A DNA stretch of 64,000 bases from Acinetobacter phage phiAB441. Location of the stretch: the sequence record PV420835.1, one strand, 5' to 3'. Below, piece after piece: positions 10,354 through 20,406 of this stretch; position 1 is the stretch's first letter; each line of letters opens with the position of its first letter. The translations under genes and the position numbers were made by a program. Under the pieces are notes generated by a model that had not been told where the DNA came from, made no database searches, and saw only the letters and a program-made list of their open reading frames with translations.

Positions 10354-11808
10354 ATGACTATATCGTTTAGTGAGACAGGGATTGTTGTCGACACACAAGA
10401 ACAAATCAGAAACCAGATGGCAGAAAATGCCAAAACAAACTTAGCACCATTTCTAGGGCAAACAGAATTAAAAACAGATGATTCTAGTGTTATTGGTAGG
10501 CACTTAGCAACTGTAGCAAGACCAGCAGCACAGAACGCTGAATTACTACAACCAATATTAGATCAATTCGATCTTAATAAAGCACAAGGTGTTCAGTTAG
10601 ATAATATTTTGTGGAGAATTCATCGCATAAAACGGAAAGGACTATCCCAAGCAGAAGGCTTATTAATATTGTTTGGTGATCTTGGTACAGTTGTTGCAGA
10701 AGGTAGTGAAGTATCTAATAGTAAAACAGGTGATGTATATTCTATAAATAATGATGTCACTTTTAATGAAAATGATTGTAACGGTATTGAGATTGTAATT
10801 AGTTCTGTTGGTGGAACATACACAATAAATTATTCTGTAAATGGTTACTTATCAGAATCACCAAGTGTTGTCGTAACTACAGGCGTTAATGATACTACAA
10901 TCCAACAAATTGCAGATCGTATTGTAGATGCTGTTAATTCACAAACATCGTATTTAACTGCTTCTAGAAATAATGATAACAGTGTAAAAATTATTATTAC
11001 AGATCAGAACAACACAGGTGATTTCTCAGTAACAGGAAGTATGTCAATCGTAAGAGCCTACAAACCTGTTTATGCAACTTCACAAACATACCAAGCTGCT
11101 GAGAGTAACATTGGTGATGTGTCTATTGTGAGAACAACTGTTCTAGGTTGGAGAGGTGTTACCAATCCTTTTGTTATTGCAGCATCACAGGGTGTTGAAG
11201 AAGACCCCGATTATCGTTACAGAGGGAATCTGATTAAAGGTAATACTAACACATCTTCTCGTAATTCTCTACTTGCAAGAATTGAAGCTGTTCGTGGGGT
11301 AAGTTTTTTAAGTATTCAAGCTAACAACACCCCAAATCCAACAGGATCGGGAATCATCAATAATGGATTAGCAATCACTGTTCAAGGTGGTAATGAAGAT
11401 GATATTGCAATAGCCATTGCTGATGCTATCGCAGATGGAATTGAAACGTCTGGAACAATTACAAAAATCACTAAAGATAAAAATGGTGGTGACAAGATTG
11501 TTCGCTTTTCAAGACCACAGACTGTTCCGTTGAAGATTTCAATGTCTATTACTATTGCTCCAAACTTCCCTACAAATGGTAAGAATTTAATTAAACAAGC
11601 TATTGTGGATTGGTTTAATGAATTGAATGTTGGTGATGATGTTTACTATTCTCGTTTATATGAGCCAATCAACTCAATTTCTGGATTTAGTGTTCGTAAT
11701 TTAAAGATTGGTAAATTAGACGGTAGTTATGTGACAGACGATATTGTTCTTGGACACAATGAAGTAGCAACTATTAGTGCAGAGAATATATTCATTGGTG
11801 GTAGTTAA
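10354..11808 (+). CDS. baseplate J-like protein
   Basis: 484 aa following gp25-like gene; canonical W-J-I order. Confidence 0.55.
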   Translation: MTISFSETGIVVDTQEQIRNQMAENAKTNLAPFLGQTELKTDDSSVIGRHLATVARPAAQNAELLQPILDQFDLNKAQGVQLDNILWRIHRIKRKGLSQAEGLLILFGDLGTVVAEGSEVSNSKTGDVYSINNDVTFNENDCNGIEIVISSVGGTYTINYSVNGYLSESPSVVVTTGVNDTTIQQIADRIVDAVNSQTSYLTASRNNDNSVKIIITDQNNTGDFSVTGSMSIVRAYKPVYATSQTYQAAESNIGDVSIVRTTVLGWRGVTNPFVIAASQGVEEDPDYRYRGNLIKGNTNTSSRNSLLARIEAVRGVSFLSIQANNTPNPTGSGIINNGLAITVQGGNEDDIAIAIADAIADGIETSGTITKITKDKNGGDKIVRFSRPQTVPLKISMSITIAPNFPTNGKNLIKQAIVDWFNELNVGDDVYYSRLYEPINSISGFSVRNLKIGKLDGSYVTDDIVLGHNEVATISAENIFIGGS

Positions 11809-11818
11809 GGATTAACTT

Positions 11819-12442
11819 ATGACTATATTAAACAAAGATTATGTTACTGAAGCAAGAGAAGGTAGCTCTTCTCTTCTTAATCAGAGTCCGATATATCAAG
11901 CATTCTTATCTGCAATTATTGAATATTATGATGAACAGGAAAAGGATTTAATTTGGTTATCTGAAAATCTATTAAACGAAGATGTTGCAGAAAAGTGGCA
12001 TTTAGATTTTATTGGGATGATTGTTGGACAACCAAGATTACTTGTTTCATTTAATACAGAACCTTACTTCGGATTCGAAGGAAGCTATCAATCAGAGACT
12101 TTCTCAACAGCTTCTAATCCTGAACTTGGTGGTTATTGGAACGGGATGGATACTTTCAACACAGCATCAGCTAGACGATTGAATGATGAAGAATATCGAA
12201 GAGTTATAAAAGCAAGGGTTATTTTCAACAATAGTTTTTGTACGAGAAATGACTTGTTAAATGTAATTAATTTATTAACAGGTAATACATCTGCATCAAT
12301 TACACAACCTAGTCATGGTTTATTAAAGATCAGAGCTATAGACACACAAGGATTGTTATCTTATTTCATGTCAAGAATAGATTTAGATGACAACATCCTA
12401 CCTATTGCTCTAGGTGTTAGAGCAGAACAAGTGGAGGTATAA
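11819..12442 (+). CDS. baseplate / tail fibre attachment protein (gpI-like)
   Basis: 207 aa after J-like gene. Confidence 0.45.
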   Translation: MTILNKDYVTEAREGSSSLLNQSPIYQAFLSAIIEYYDEQEKDLIWLSENLLNEDVAEKWHLDFIGMIVGQPRLLVSFNTEPYFGFEGSYQSETFSTASNPELGGYWNGMDTFNTASARRLNDEEYRRVIKARVIFNNSFCTRNDLLNVINLLTGNTSASITQPSHGLLKIRAIDTQGLLSYFMSRIDLDDNILPIALGVRAEQVEV

Positions 12443-12443
12443 A

Positions 12444-13607
12444 ATGTCTGTAGTTAGCAGACCAGATTATTCAGTTGGTGTATGGGCATCAAATGGTAAT
12501 ATTGCAGCACCAACATCTGAAAAAATTGAGATTGGACACATTGTAGAAAAACCTCTCAAAGAGGTGATGAATTGGATTCAAAACAGACAAGATCGCGGTA
12601 TTGTCTATTTAATGCAACAAGGTATTTCTGATTGGGTTTCAACAGAAACTTATCCTTTAAACGGTTACGTAAAAAGAAATGGTGTTATTTACAAAGCATT
12701 ATCTCAAAATGAAGATCGTGACCCACTAACAAATACTGACATTTGGCGACAAGCCTTTGATACTTTTGGAAGTGCTGCAACTGTTCAATTAGAAGTAGAT
12801 AACATTAAGAATGAAGATGGATATTTATCTTTCTATATACAAAAGTCAAACCCATCAGCAACCGTTAGGTTTGATGGTGTAGCTTATTCTGCATCACAAG
12901 GTTTCCCAAACTCTACTTCTGATGAATATGGGTATGTATTTAAGAATGCAGAAACATCTGGTTTATTCTACACAACATCACCAGTTATTGCACATGAAGG
13001 TCAAGAGATTGTTAAGTTTGAAAAACCAGAAAACTTGGCAGACAAATCAAACAAAGCTGCTACAACTGAATGGGTTCAAAATCTCCTAGCTCAGATGATG
13101 GATTCTATTGTTCCTGTTGGAGCAATTATTGAGTACACTAATGAAGTAGTTCCAAGCGATAACTTCATGTATGCACACGGACAGGCTGTTAGTCGTACAT
13201 TATATCCTACATTATTTGCCAGAATTGGAACACGATATGGTGCTGGTGACGGAAGTACAACATTTAATTTACCAGATAAACGAGGGTTGTTCACTCGCGA
13301 ATGGGATAACGGTAAAGGTATTGATGCTGGTCGTGTATTAGGTACAGTTCAACAAGACACTGTTGAAAAACACAAACATATCCAATCACTAGGTGAAGCA
13401 TACGATACTGCTGGTATTTTCGGAAAATCAACAGCAAAAGGTTATCAAGGAAGTCAGGGTGGTTTAGATAACGACAACTATCTTTGGTATACGAATGATG
13501 GTGGAGTTTATCAAGGAACAGACCCAAATTCAGAAAATCCTAATGTAATGGGTAATGAAACAAGACCCAAAAACATTGCAATGGTTTCTTTAATTCGTGT
13601 TAAATAG
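12444..13607 (+). CDS. tail fibre protein with C-terminal phage tail-collar domain
   Basis: NLPDKRGLFTREWDNGKGIDAGRVLGTVQQD matches tail-collar (PF07484) signature; start moved to ATG 12444 (GGAGG RBS, directly after upstream stop). Confidence 0.7.
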   Translation: MSVVSRPDYSVGVWASNGNIAAPTSEKIEIGHIVEKPLKEVMNWIQNRQDRGIVYLMQQGISDWVSTETYPLNGYVKRNGVIYKALSQNEDRDPLTNTDIWRQAFDTFGSAATVQLEVDNIKNEDGYLSFYIQKSNPSATVRFDGVAYSASQGFPNSTSDEYGYVFKNAETSGLFYTTSPVIAHEGQEIVKFEKPENLADKSNKAATTEWVQNLLAQMMDSIVPVGAIIEYTNEVVPSDNFMYAHGQAVSRTLYPTLFARIGTRYGAGDGSTTFNLPDKRGLFTREWDNGKGIDAGRVLGTVQQDTVEKHKHIQSLGEAYDTAGIFGKSTAKGYQGSQGGLDNDNYLWYTNDGGVYQGTDPNSENPNVMGNETRPKNIAMVSLIRVK

Positions 13608-13617
13608 GGGAAGATAA

Positions 13618-14016
13618 GTGGAAGGCACAAGCACCACATCTATTATAGGTCTACTAAAGTTTTTGTACCCTTCCTTAATCGGAAGTGCTTTAGCAGTATG
13701 GTATAAAAGAAATGATGTAAAATGGAAGGAGAAAACTTTAGGTGAGAAAATATTTTATAGTGTAGTAGGTATTGGTGCAATTGTTGTTGGTGTCTCTATC
13801 GGCTTAGCACTTGGAAATGCTCTTATTATCTACTTTGGACTTGTTGAATATTGGTACTGCTTTGGTGTTTATATGTTCTCAAGTCTATCATCACTAAAAC
13901 TATTAGATGCTGTTGTAAAAAATAGTGATGAAATACTATCAACTGTTTTTTCTGGTGTCAAGGATGTCGTAAAAACCTTCTTTGATACCTTGACATCTAG
14001 GTGGAAAAATAAATGA
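13618..14016 (+). CDS. putative holin (multi-TM membrane protein)
   Basis: 132 aa, 3 predicted TM segments, immediately upstream of endolysin. Confidence 0.5.
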   Translation: MEGTSTTSIIGLLKFLYPSLIGSALAVWYKRNDVKWKEKTLGEKIFYSVVGIGAIVVGVSIGLALGNALIIYFGLVEYWYCFGVYMFSSLSSLKLLDAVVKNSDEILSTVFSGVKDVVKTFFDTLTSRWKNK

Positions 14017-14324
14017 TTATTTATATCGCTCTAATACAACTACTCCTTTTAATTAATACAATTATAATTTTCATATGTGAACATAGTCCACTTTGGGCTA
14101 ACACATGGAAAAGTATACTCATTCGATTCATTGTAGCAATCATCCTTTTAGTAATTGGTAACTATGTTCCATTACTTACCTTGTTACCTTATTGGATTAC
14201 ATTTGCTGCTTTCTTCTTATCAATTGTAACCACTGCAATGCTTATCAAATATGTAATGGTTGAATACTTTGAACGTGTAAGAAGAGTTTCAAGATTAAGG
14301 AGAAGAAAAAGAAATGAAGATTAA
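14013..14324 (+). CDS. lysis-cassette membrane protein (second holin/antiholin-like)
   Basis: 103 aa, 3 hydrophobic helices, highly basic C-tail RVRRVSRLRRRKRNED; overlaps both neighbours. Confidence 0.45.
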   Translation: MIIYIALIQLLLLINTIIIFICEHSPLWANTWKSILIRFIVAIILLVIGNYVPLLTLLPYWITFAAFFLSIVTTAMLIKYVMVEYFERVRRVSRLRRRKRNED

Positions 14325-14910
14325 TTTTGACAAAATTAGAAATTCACTATTTGGTGGAAAATTAAAACAAACACAAGTTGATGGTATCAACTCCATTCTA
14401 GAATCAATAAATAAACATGGTATTTCGAAAGAACAGGCTGCATATGTTTTTGCTACTGTTTATCACGAAACAGCTAGAACCATGCAACCAATTGAAGAAT
14501 ACGGTAAAGGTAAAGGTAGACCATACGGCACTTGGTATAAGAATTCTAAAGGTGAGTTATTTTCTTGGAAAAATGGCAATAAGAATACAGCTTACTTATA
14601 CAAAGATTATCCACACCTTTACTATGGACGCTCATTTCCACAATTAACATGGTTTGATAACTACGAAAAAGCTGGAAAGATTCTTGGTGTTGATTTTCTA
14701 AGAAATCCTTCATTAGTTATGGATTTAAAATACGCATCTGAAATCCTAGTTGTAGGGATGATGGATGGATGGTTTACACACAAGAAATTATCAGATTATA
14801 TTAATCATTCTAAAAAAGATTATTACAACGCAAGAAGAATTATAAACTCAACAGATAGAGCAGCATTGATTGCTGAGTATGCTTCTGAGTTTGAAGACGC
14901 ATTATTTTAA
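14314..14910 (+). CDS. endolysin, glycoside hydrolase family 19 (LysAB2-like)
   Basis: FGGKLKQTQVDGIN...AAYVFATVYHETARTMQPIEEYGKG...YYGRSFPQLTWFDNYEKAGKILGVDF...YYNARRIINSTDRAALIAEYASEFEDAL closely parallels Acinetobacter phage GH19 lysins. Confidence 0.85.
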   Translation: MKINFDKIRNSLFGGKLKQTQVDGINSILESINKHGISKEQAAYVFATVYHETARTMQPIEEYGKGKGRPYGTWYKNSKGELFSWKNGNKNTAYLYKDYPHLYYGRSFPQLTWFDNYEKAGKILGVDFLRNPSLVMDLKYASEILVVGMMDGWFTHKKLSDYINHSKKDYYNARRIINSTDRAALIAEYASEFEDALF

Positions 14911-14919
14911 GAGGGAAAA

Positions 14920-15222
14920 ATGGCTAGTACAAAAATACAAAATCTTCCACTAAAAGCTCCTATTGGAGCAATGAAGATTCCTACTGGTGGCTTTGGTGAC
15001 TACAGTATTACAGTTAGTAGTATTGGAGATTTTATTATTGATGAATTTAATCTAGCCACTAAAGATTATGTAGATGATCTAAAAGGTCTTTCTGGAACAA
15101 CAACAGATAGACTGGTTTTGGAAAATGTATTAACAGGATTTTACTTTTGGGATTCAGACTTAAATAAACCTGTTTGGTATAACGGTGAAAATTGGACTGA
15201 TGCTAACGGAACAATTGTTTAA
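14920..15222 (+). CDS. small protein carrying tailspike N-terminal anchor module
   Basis: 100 aa; N-terminus (PLKAPIGAMKIPTGGFGDYSITVSSIGDF) is paralogous to N-terminus of the downstream 895-aa tailspike. Confidence 0.5.
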   Translation: MASTKIQNLPLKAPIGAMKIPTGGFGDYSITVSSIGDFIIDEFNLATKDYVDDLKGLSGTTTDRLVLENVLTGFYFWDSDLNKPVWYNGENWTDANGTIV

Positions 15223-15231
15223 GGAATAATA

Positions 15232-17919
15232 ATGGCAGATTTAAGAATTGCTGATGCTCCAGAAATAGCATTAGAAAACATAACAGGAAATGAAAAAATT
15301 CCTACTGGTGGTTACGGAAATTCAGCGATCACCATCAATAACTTAGGGCAGTTTGCAAAAACTGCTTTATCTTTAGCGACAGAACAATATGTAAGCAATG
15401 CTATTGGTCAAAAAGAAAATAAGATAACATTGACAGGTGTGAATTTGACACCAAATTCTACTTATTCAGAAATTCCACAAACAAATAATATAGTTCTTAA
15501 TATAATTCATCAAGACTTATTGAATCGCATGGAGTGGATTAAGGATAATAGTTTTGGAGTTACTGATCATCAAGAATTAACTGGAAGAAGCTCTGTTAAC
15601 TCTCACCCAAGTACCTCAATTAGTCATCAAGGTTCATCTACTGTTTTCAACGAGATTGAAAATCTTAAAAATAGCATCTTAACAATAAATACAGAAACTA
15701 TCCCCGAATTAAACAATGCGATTATTGGAAAACAAGATGTAATTGTTAATGATGTTAATTTAACACCAACTTCTGTTTTAAGTCCTGTACCATCAACTAA
15801 TAACTCATCTTTAAATTCATCTCTCCAAGCTTTAATGAATAGGGATGAATTTAGAAGTATTCACAATAATTTAGCTGGAAGAGACGCAACAAATGCTCAT
15901 CCTGCCAGTTCTATCGACCTTAACGGGACTCCGTTAAATAACAAAATTTCAGAAATTGAATCTGAATTATTTGATCTAAAAGAAAAAACAGGTAACTCTT
16001 TAAACATTGATCAATTTAAAACAGATACAAATACCGACACTGAAGCATTAAATTTAATGATTGCTTACGCTAAGCTAAATAATGTAAAAAATTTAAACAT
16101 CACAAGAAATATATCCATATCGGAAAGAATTCAGTTGAATCAAGACAGTACAGGTTGGTTAAATGACGTAACAATTAATGCGAACAACATAAACATACAC
16201 TACACGGGTGCTGGTGCAGATTCTCTTTATTTTGCAGTATTACATGTAAATGGAACTTTAAGTCAAACTACAACAACAGTTACAACCGATTATCCTGAAT
16301 ATACAAACGAATTAACGCTTGCTTCAACAACAGGTTTTTCAGTTGGTGATTATATTCTAATAAGAAGTACTTCAACAACAAGTCCTGATGTATATTTAAA
16401 CCATATAACACGAATTGAAAGTATTTCAGGTAATGTTATAAAAACAGATTTAACCAGAAGATTAGCTGTTCGACCATCTATTGCTCAAGTTAATGTGACT
16501 AAAGTCAACACTGTTAATAATTTTAAATTGGTAGGTAATCCAAAAATAACAGCAAATAACCAGACAACAAGAAGTAATGGTATTGGCGGGGTAATTTTAA
16601 CACAATGTTCCAACTCTTCAGCAGAATGTAACAGCAGTGGTTTGTGGTTTAAAACATTAGTATTGAACAACTGTTACAAGTGTTTTGGTAAAGCAACTAA
16701 TAAAGATGCTGTTGCAAAAGGTGGTGGTGAAGGTTATTGTCTTCAACTTCTATACAGTACATTCTGTTCTGGTACAGCACAAGGAGATAATTTAAGACAT
16801 ACAACGGATGCAACAGCATCTTGGTATTGTAATTTTTACGATTGTATTGACTACGGAGCATCTTCTGGTTCATTTATTCACCATTGTGCGTTTGAACATG
16901 AAATAAAATACTACAACTGTAAAAGTTTCAACTCTCTTACAAACGGGTTCTCGCTAGGTACGATAACAGGCACATTTGGTGACACTGTTAGTAAGATTGA
17001 ATTACTGTCTTGTTCTGTTTTAAATAGTGCGCTTGATTGTGTTGTTTACGCAAACAAAGGTTCTGGTGTTCGTATATTAGGTGGAGAATACACAAGCACT
17101 AATGGTTATTCTTTAAATACATCTAATAACGGAACTTATGTTTCTGATACAAATTTACTTTCTGGTATTTTAATATCAACTTCTGCTGATATGAATACGA
17201 GCGGTGAAACAGATATTTACAACTCTATTGTGTTGATGGGAACCAATAGTCGTGCATTGAATCTGACAGCAAATCGGAAGATTCGTTTATTTAATTCACA
17301 ATTAAAAGGTAGATGGAATTTAGCTGATAGTACGCAAGTTACATGTTTTAATAGTTCAATTGAATACCCAACAAGTGCACAATTACTAACTATAACAGGC
17401 TCAAATCAGAGAGTTGATTTCATTAATGGTGATCTGACTTATCCTGTTGGCGCAACAACCTCACAAACTTTCACAGTCGGCAGGTTTTCAGCTAATGGTG
17501 TTTTATTTAATTCAAACCAAACAACATTTGTGACAAATTTTACAAACACGAATGATATTTCTATTGCGAACTGTAAGGGTGATATTTCTACTCTAATTAC
17601 ATCAGGCGCTTTAGTAAACTATAACAACAACATGTTAAACGCTGTAGGTATAAACCTCGTATTTAACATTACAGGATTTACAGGACAACTCTTAGCATCA
17701 AATAATACTTTAACGTCTAGCGCTACTGTTAGTTTTAGTATTCATACTTCTTGTTTAATATCAAAAAGTAGAGTTTCAGGCAATACTGTTTCAGGAAGAA
17801 TAAGTGTTCCAGATGCCTCAGCAACTTCTGGAATTTATGCTAATAATATTTGTGCAACAGCTTCAGTATTTCCAACTAACGATAGTTCAAGATATGTTTC
17901 TGGAAATATATTAGTTTAA
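15232..17919 (+). CDS. tailspike protein with parallel beta-helix (putative capsule depolymerase)
   Basis: 895 aa; N-terminal particle-anchor module (KIPTGGYGNSAITINNLGQFA), Cys/Asn/Gly-rich repetitive central region typical of pectate-lyase-like beta-helix. Confidence 0.7.
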   Translation: MADLRIADAPEIALENITGNEKIPTGGYGNSAITINNLGQFAKTALSLATEQYVSNAIGQKENKITLTGVNLTPNSTYSEIPQTNNIVLNIIHQDLLNRMEWIKDNSFGVTDHQELTGRSSVNSHPSTSISHQGSSTVFNEIENLKNSILTINTETIPELNNAIIGKQDVIVNDVNLTPTSVLSPVPSTNNSSLNSSLQALMNRDEFRSIHNNLAGRDATNAHPASSIDLNGTPLNNKISEIESELFDLKEKTGNSLNIDQFKTDTNTDTEALNLMIAYAKLNNVKNLNITRNISISERIQLNQDSTGWLNDVTINANNINIHYTGAGADSLYFAVLHVNGTLSQTTTTVTTDYPEYTNELTLASTTGFSVGDYILIRSTSTTSPDVYLNHITRIESISGNVIKTDLTRRLAVRPSIAQVNVTKVNTVNNFKLVGNPKITANNQTTRSNGIGGVILTQCSNSSAECNSSGLWFKTLVLNNCYKCFGKATNKDAVAKGGGEGYCLQLLYSTFCSGTAQGDNLRHTTDATASWYCNFYDCIDYGASSGSFIHHCAFEHEIKYYNCKSFNSLTNGFSLGTITGTFGDTVSKIELLSCSVLNSALDCVVYANKGSGVRILGGEYTSTNGYSLNTSNNGTYVSDTNLLSGILISTSADMNTSGETDIYNSIVLMGTNSRALNLTANRKIRLFNSQLKGRWNLADSTQVTCFNSSIEYPTSAQLLTITGSNQRVDFINGDLTYPVGATTSQTFTVGRFSANGVLFNSNQTTFVTNFTNTNDISIANCKGDISTLITSGALVNYNNNMLNAVGINLVFNITGFTGQLLASNNTLTSSATVSFSIHTSCLISKSRVSGNTVSGRISVPDASATSGIYANNICATASVFPTNDSSRYVSGNILV

Positions 17920-17924
17920 TTATT

Positions 17925-17952
17925 ATCCCTGCCTTCGGGTGGGGATTTTTTA
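17925..17952 (+). terminator. rho-independent terminator of late operon
   Basis: ATCCCTGCC-UUCG-GGTGGGGAT hairpin (9 bp incl. 2 G.U, UUCG tetraloop) followed by TTTTTT. Confidence 0.8.
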
Positions 17953-18103
17953 CGCCTATTGTTTTTACTCATATTTCGATTTCGTAATAGGCATAATTCA
18001 ATATCAAAATATCAATATCACGATAATGAAAAATCAATATTTCACAATTGAAAAATGTCTAATAGGAAAAGAATAGTTTTTAAATATTTCTTTTATAGGA
18101 GAA

Positions 18104-18132
18104 TTGACAAACAAAAAACACAAGATTAAACT
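18104..18132 (+). promoter_or_regulatory. sigma70-like promoter
   Basis: TTGACA-17 nt-TAAACT, about 30 nt upstream of 18164 ATG. Confidence 0.55.
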
Positions 18133-18163
18133 TCACACCTGTTGTTCGTTGTAGGGAAAGATA

Positions 18164-19042
18164 ATGATTAAAATTTTAAATCCAGCAGTAGTTAAGATCG
18201 TTGGTAGCATTGCAAGTGTTCTTTTACGTCACTTAAAGTATTGGAAAGATTCATCAGGTAAGGAAGTTGTGTATCGTACAAACACACAACTTGTAGACGA
18301 CTTAGAAGGGATGTTTTCAGCATCTCAGATTCAACGTGCTAAAAAGAAACTTATTGAAAATGGATTAATTGAAATCACTTATGGGAAAGGGCATGACAGA
18401 ACAACACACTACTCACTTACAAAAAAAGCTTTAGACTTGTTAGATAGCTCTAAAACTTCATCAGAAGCCCATAGTGATAAGAAAGAGGGAAAAGGTAGTG
18501 ATGTACCACACACTCCTAAAACATCGACACAACGTGCTAAAACAATTGTTAAAAAGGGTGCTATTGTACACTCATATGGAAATGTTAAATCAATGAAAGA
18601 ATGTTTTGAAGAAGGAAGTGATAATAAGAATGCAGATCGTTCTTTAACTCTATCTGAACGACTAGCTCTTATGAAAGGGGAAAAGATTGATTTAAACAAG
18701 CATAATGAATCTTTAGAGCAATGTTTAGATGAAAGTGGTACAAACGTACCAGACAATACTAAAACTGTCTATACGGAGCTTACAGACGACTTAAATGAGA
18801 TGTGTAATGGTAACGAAGAAGATGAATACTTAAACACTCTATCACAACATGATTACGATGAATGTGATCTTGCTATGTTGAATGCTTTGAATAGAAAACA
18901 AGAACATTTGACGGATGATAAGTTGACAGTTGGTCAATTATTAGGTAGTCTAGGTTCTGTATATAAATCAGGTGTGTCAGAAGCTAGAGAGAAAATCTAT
19001 AGAATGTCACAACTACAAAATGGTTATGTGGAGGATTATTGA
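18164..19042 (+). CDS. early protein, putative DNA-binding (N-terminal winged-helix-like), acidic C-half
   Basis: 292 aa first gene after promoter; N-terminal basic segment, Asp/Glu-rich C-terminus. Confidence 0.4.
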   Translation: MIKILNPAVVKIVGSIASVLLRHLKYWKDSSGKEVVYRTNTQLVDDLEGMFSASQIQRAKKKLIENGLIEITYGKGHDRTTHYSLTKKALDLLDSSKTSSEAHSDKKEGKGSDVPHTPKTSTQRAKTIVKKGAIVHSYGNVKSMKECFEEGSDNKNADRSLTLSERLALMKGEKIDLNKHNESLEQCLDESGTNVPDNTKTVYTELTDDLNEMCNGNEEDEYLNTLSQHDYDECDLAMLNALNRKQEHLTDDKLTVGQLLGSLGSVYKSGVSEAREKIYRMSQLQNGYVEDY

Positions 19043-19266
19043 TGAACATTGAAATAGTTAAACACATATATGAAAAAGTATGTATAGCTAGATTTGAAGG
19101 ATATAATTTTGTTTTGGTAAATCTAAATAAATCATTAGGTGAAATATACACCGAAGATAATATTTTAGCTTCCGTGATGTATTTAAAGGGTATTTATCCA
19201 AACACAAGGCTTGTTAAGTCGGATATTGGTTTATTTGATAATTATCAAGTTATGATTGGATGGTGA
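19039..19266 (+). CDS. hypothetical early protein
   Basis: 75 aa, ATGA overlap coupling. Confidence 0.45.
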   Translation: MMNIEIVKHIYEKVCIARFEGYNFVLVNLNKSLGEIYTEDNILASVMYLKGIYPNTRLVKSDIGLFDNYQVMIGW

Positions 19267-19480
19267 TGTATGCTATGACATCGATATTGAAGATGGAAAA
19301 CCTTTTATTTTCTGTAAAACAGATAATTGGTCAATTGCGTTAACACGAATTAAAGGTGAATTGTTTTTTGAGTGTTACTACAGAGATTCAGAAACATACG
19401 ATTATAGCAGTATTTCTATAGAAGATGTTTTAGAATATATTAATAGTATACACGGTGATGAAGAGTTAGTTTTTTATTAG
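19256..19480 (+). CDS. hypothetical early protein
   Basis: 74 aa, acidic; TTG start inferred. Confidence 0.35.
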   Translation: MDGDVCYDIDIEDGKPFIFCKTDNWSIALTRIKGELFFECYYRDSETYDYSSISIEDVLEYINSIHGDEELVFY

Positions 19481-19492
19481 TTTGGAGGATTA

Positions 19493-19711
19493 TTGATGTT
19501 ACCAATACATTGGGATATTGATGATATAGGAGAATTCATTATTGAGGAATTGGTTTTAAACCATTTTAATTATGATTCATTTTTATCAGAAGTTGTTCTT
19601 GCTGATGTTTACCAAGAGTCAAGATCAGCTTACATCTTAACATTGTTAGCTAATGAGATAGGTAAAGAAAGTAAGTCTATTAGAATTAGAGTTGAAGTTG
19701 AGGATTATTAA
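19493..19711 (+). CDS. hypothetical early protein
   Basis: 72 aa acidic, GGAGG RBS. Confidence 0.45.
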   Translation: MMLPIHWDIDDIGEFIIEELVLNHFNYDSFLSEVVLADVYQESRSAYILTLLANEIGKESKSIRIRVEVEDY

Positions 19712-19893
19712 TGAGAGAATATACAGAAGTTTCAATTGGTGCTGGATTGTATTACAGAGAAATGGTTGTACCGAAAGATGAAGTTCGTAAATTTATTAAA
19801 CAGGGTTGGAAAATTACACGCTTTGCTAAAGTACAACCAAGTAAAGTTTATGATAAATGGAAAAACGCAATCGATGACATGGAGTCTGAATGA
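19711..19893 (+). CDS. hypothetical early protein
   Basis: 60 aa, basic, coupled start. Confidence 0.45.
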   Translation: MREYTEVSIGAGLYYREMVVPKDEVRKFIKQGWKITRFAKVQPSKVYDKWKNAIDDMESE

Positions 19894-20090
19894 TGCAAGG
19901 TTTAGAATTTTCCTTACTTCGATGTAAAGGTAAGTGTAAAGAGTGTAATGTAGAACTTCCTGTTGGTACAAAGACAGTGATTATTGGTTCATTCAGTAAT
20001 AAATATAGATATTGTTTAGATTGTTTTTCTTTTGAGATTGATAAAAACTGTGATATAAGTATGGATGGTATGGCTTTAATTTTGGAGTAA
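19890..20090 (+). CDS. zinc-ribbon protein
   Basis: 66 aa with two CxxC pairs (CKGKCKEC...CLDC). Confidence 0.45.
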   Translation: MMQGLEFSLLRCKGKCKECNVELPVGTKTVIIGSFSNKYRYCLDCFSFEIDKNCDISMDGMALILE

Positions 20091-20093
20091 GTT

Positions 20094-20369
20094 ATGAGTG
20101 ATTGGATTGATGAAATAGATGATATTGATGCTTTTTTAGATCAATTAATTGAAGTTAATGAGAACTGTACATCAGCACCATCCTTAGATGCTTTTTGTTC
20201 AAGTTTTTCATTAGATACAGCGAATGGAATGTATGACGATATTTATAAGAAGTTTCTTGATTGGAATGCATTCGGTGAAGAGTGTCCGTCTGAGTGTAAT
20301 TATATGCAAGATTTGAAATGTGTGATTGAATCTTTAGAGTTAGCACTAAAGGAGATTAAAAAAGAATAG
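20094..20369 (+). CDS. small highly acidic protein (DNA-mimic candidate)
   Basis: 91 aa, about 30% Asp/Glu. Confidence 0.5.
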   Translation: MSDWIDEIDDIDAFLDQLIEVNENCTSAPSLDAFCSSFSLDTANGMYDDIYKKFLDWNAFGEECPSECNYMQDLKCVIESLELALKEIKKE

Positions 20370-20406
20370 TATAATGTAGTATGGTGAATTTATTTTGGAG
20401 TGAACT

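Noticed and set aside
13091-13527. Antisense ORFs inside the tail fibre gene
   Set aside because: Shadow frames of the collar-domain fibre CDS.
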